Origin: an uncultured Candidatus Saccharibacteria bacterium
GTDB taxonomy: Bacteria > Patescibacteriota > Saccharimonadia > CAILAD01 > GCA-016700035
Assembly: GCA_964535385.1 (NCBI GenBank)
Contig: CAZHSY010000008.1
Span: 6,474-30,473, forward strand
Direction: 5' to 3'
Length of the DNA: 24,000 bases
Every line of letters starts with the position of its first letter. Position 1 is the first letter of the stretch. Made by a program: the position numbers and the translations under genes. Below are positions 22,458-24,000 of the stretch, piece after piece. The notes under the pieces are model-generated. The model saw nothing but the letters and a program-made list of their open reading frames with translations. It did no database searches and was not told the DNA's origin.

Positions 22458-22823
22458 TTAGCGTGGAAAAGTTGCATGCAGCCAGAGGACAGCCGCCGTA
22501 ATAGCGATCATCAGAAACGGAAATACTACCACCAAGAGCACTACGTACATGGCCAGGAGTGTCAGTGGTATCTGAAAGTAAAAGAAAAGTAGACCAATTA
22601 CCAGCCCAATCGCTGCAATCACCGACCAGGCAACAGTCTTGACGTCGCCAGCCCGGAAGTTACGGGATGCCGGCTTCTTCATGAGCTCAAAGTGATTTGG
22701 GAACCGCAGAGCTGCCTTCAGGAAAACAGCCGGTCGGTACTTGCTCTGGGCCGCCAGAATAGCTAAGCCGTGCGGAAACTGTGGGCCGTAGCAGGACAGA
22801 TAATGAGAGCGTGCCATAGGCAT
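22458..22823 (-). CDS. hypothetical membrane protein (about 121 aa, two C-terminal TM helices)
   Basis: I start it at ATG 22823 or 22817, because the track start at 22979 reads through a terminator hairpin (22863-22893). The TM segments are VAWSVIAAIGLVIGLLFFYF and LLAMYVVLLVVVFPFLMIAITAAVLWL. There is no clear SD and TATACT abuts the ATG, so the mRNA may be leaderless. Confidence 0.5.
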   Translation of the reverse strand: MPMARSHYLSCYGPQFPHGLAILAAQSKYRPAVFLKAALRFPNHFELMKKPASRNFRAGDVKTVAWSVIAAIGLVIGLLFFYFQIPLTLLAMYVVLLVVVFPFLMIAITAAVLWLHATFPR

Positions 22824-22850
22824 AAGTATAACGCAGAATATCCAATAGCG

Positions 22851-22893
22851 TACAAAAGAGGAAAGCGCGGAGAGCAGTCTGCTCTCCGCGCTT
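22851..22893 (-). terminator. rho-independent terminator
   Basis: On the minus strand, AAGCGCGGAGAGCA-GAC-TGCTCTCCGCGCTT forms a 14-bp perfect stem followed by TCCTCTTTTG. Confidence 0.7.
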
Positions 22894-22914
22894 ACGCTTA
22901 AAAGGGTCTGACCT

Positions 22915-23163
22915 TCACTCGTTCTGAACCAGGCGCAAGTACGGCACCTGGCCTGGCTCCTCGGTGACCTCCATGCCACCGCCGATCTGGGTCACCCCGA
23001 AGTGTGTACCGCCAGCAGCCTCGATGGCATTATCGAAGATCGCCTTAGCTTCCAGAGCGATGTCCGGGCGATCAAACCGCCTCACTGGTGCCGTCGCCTT
23101 TCAGCTCGTGCACGGTCATGCGACCATTCGGTCCACCGATGTTGATCCTGGCTCGTCTGACAT
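22915..23163 (-). pseudogene. small GC-rich gene disrupted by two frame changes (or an assembly indel artefact)
   Basis: A good SD (AAGGAAACACT) precedes ATG 23163 and gives MSDEPGSTSVDRMVA-stop. A second frame reads ..INIGGPNGRMTVHELKGDGTSEAV-stop. The first frame then resumes ..RFDRPDIALEAKAIFDNAIEAAGGTHFGVTQIGGGMEVTEEPGQVPYLRLVQNE-stop (22915-22917), followed by a terminator. Confidence 0.4.
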
Positions 23164-23196
23164 AGTGTTTCCTTGCTATTCGAGAGTTTGTGAAGA

Positions 23197-24000
23197 CTAC
23201 TGAAACAAATGCGGGGCTTTCTCGGCCTGAGCCAAGAGCTCGGCGTCAGAGAAGGTCTCACGCTCGATCTTTACCCAACCTGGGCCATTGTTGGCCGGCT
23301 GATTCGGACAGACCGAACGCATCCAGTCCAGATGCGTACTGAGCGTACCGGTTGCAGGGTTCTGCCGTGTGTAGTGCAAGACCTGACAGTTGTAAATCCG
23401 CACGCCCGGATCCTGTGAGAGCTCCAGCTCCATCCAGCGTTCGGTCGACATACGCTCCAGCATGAAGCGTAGCGCCCACATCACCTCGCCATGACAAACA
23501 ACGATCACCCGCATCTCGCTGCACTCGCGGTGCAGGGTGTCAAAGAGAGTGCGCAGTCTGACGGTCAGCTGAGCGATTGACTCGCCATTGGGCGGTATCC
23601 AGTAGAAGGGGTCGCGCTCTTTGATATGCGCGCTGTAACGCATGAGCTCGGCCCGCTCTTCCCACGTCCGGCCATCCAGATCTCCCCACTCCCGTTCGCG
23701 CAGCGAGGGATCGACATACCAGTCCGGGCCCCTGGTCTCCAGAAAGGCCGCCGTTTCTTTGGGTCGCACATAGTCGGAAACATACCGACGATCAAAGCGA
23801 TTCAGATTCTCATCCCGTAGCCACGCCCCCGTCTGTCGAGCTTGCTGTCGGCCAAGGGTTGAGAGCCGGAATTGAGAAGCCGGCGTCTTGCGGAAGGCCT
23901 CGGTATTGAAGCTCATGTCGCCTTGCTTGATGGCTCGCAAGGCCTGGTTCTGTTCCGATTCCCCGTGACGCACGAGGACGAGATCAATTGGCATTGTCAT
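23197..24000 (-). CDS. histidine phosphatase superfamily protein (phosphoglycerate mutase-like)
   Basis: The N-terminal LVLVRHGESEQN contains the RHG catalytic motif, and CHGEVM appears later. The ATG is the last codon of the window, so the true start could lie further upstream. Confidence 0.8.
   Translation of the reverse strand: MTMPIDLVLVRHGESEQNQALRAIKQGDMSFNTEAFRKTPASQFRLSTLGRQQARQTGAWLRDENLNRFDRRYVSDYVRPKETAAFLETRGPDWYVDPSLREREWGDLDGRTWEERAELMRYSAHIKERDPFYWIPPNGESIAQLTVRLRTLFDTLHRECSEMRVIVVCHGEVMWALRFMLERMSTERWMELELSQDPGVRIYNCQVLHYTRQNPATGTLSTHLDWMRSVCPNQPANNGPGWVKIERETFSDAELLAQAEKAPHLFQ

Noticed and set aside
22915-23163. UGA recoding (genetic code 25 or 4) to explain the in-frame TGAs
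   Set aside because: TGA is a normal stop for well-conserved genes in this window, including murF (19817-19819), the 222-aa ORF (9123) and the 85-aa ORF (8719). The alternative-frame segment also reads like real protein, which favours indels.
22964-23203. 79-aa plus-strand ORF
   Set aside because: It is antisense to the SD- and terminator-bracketed minus-strand small gene, has no SD and has implausible composition.

Overview
This 24-kb window comes from a compact bacterial genome, with almost all genes on the minus strand. The hinge-less short SMC, the TrmB-type regulator and the acidic tails on S16, KhpA and NusB suggest a CPR/Saccharibacteria-like organism, but that is inference only. The backbone runs: gltS-like symporter (partial), KH-domain protein, rpsP, SMC-like ATPase, rnc, a Nudix hydrolase, nusB, rpmF (below the ORF-track cutoff, found by hand), a TrmB-family regulator, leuS, a secreted PT-repeat/FN3 protein, a C39-like peptidase, murF, ddl and a histidine phosphatase.

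The most interesting part lies between rpmF and the TrmB regulator (about 8.66-12.55 kb). It is a visibly GC-richer accessory block built around the tmRNA gene (ssrA, 9902-10253, minus). The block contains:
- a near-consensus promoter followed by an 18-bp perfect palindrome;
- five orphan small ORFs, one with an RNAP alpha-CTD-like helix-hairpin-helix;
- three copies of a double-hairpin module, one in front of each downstream ORF;
- a ~1.1-kb ORF-free, hairpin-dense stretch with UUCG and GNRA tetraloops;
- a complete canonical type III hammerhead ribozyme inside that stretch (11586-11636, minus; predicted cleavage between 11631 and 11630).

I read this as a ribozyme-processed transcription unit combining a long structured RNA with small ORFs, and it is my top candidate for something undescribed.

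Other observations: a Nudix domain with a perfect Nudix box inserted into LeuRS; a long out-of-frame nusB/Nudix overlap; two repeat families (a ~130-nt 3'-flank element and a REP-like CAAGGCCAGGCCTACC palindrome); a promoter-plus-terminator-bounded candidate ncRNA of about 350 nt; a second alpha-CTD-like protein; and a frame-disrupted small gene. No rRNA, tRNA, CRISPR array, transposase or integrase was seen.
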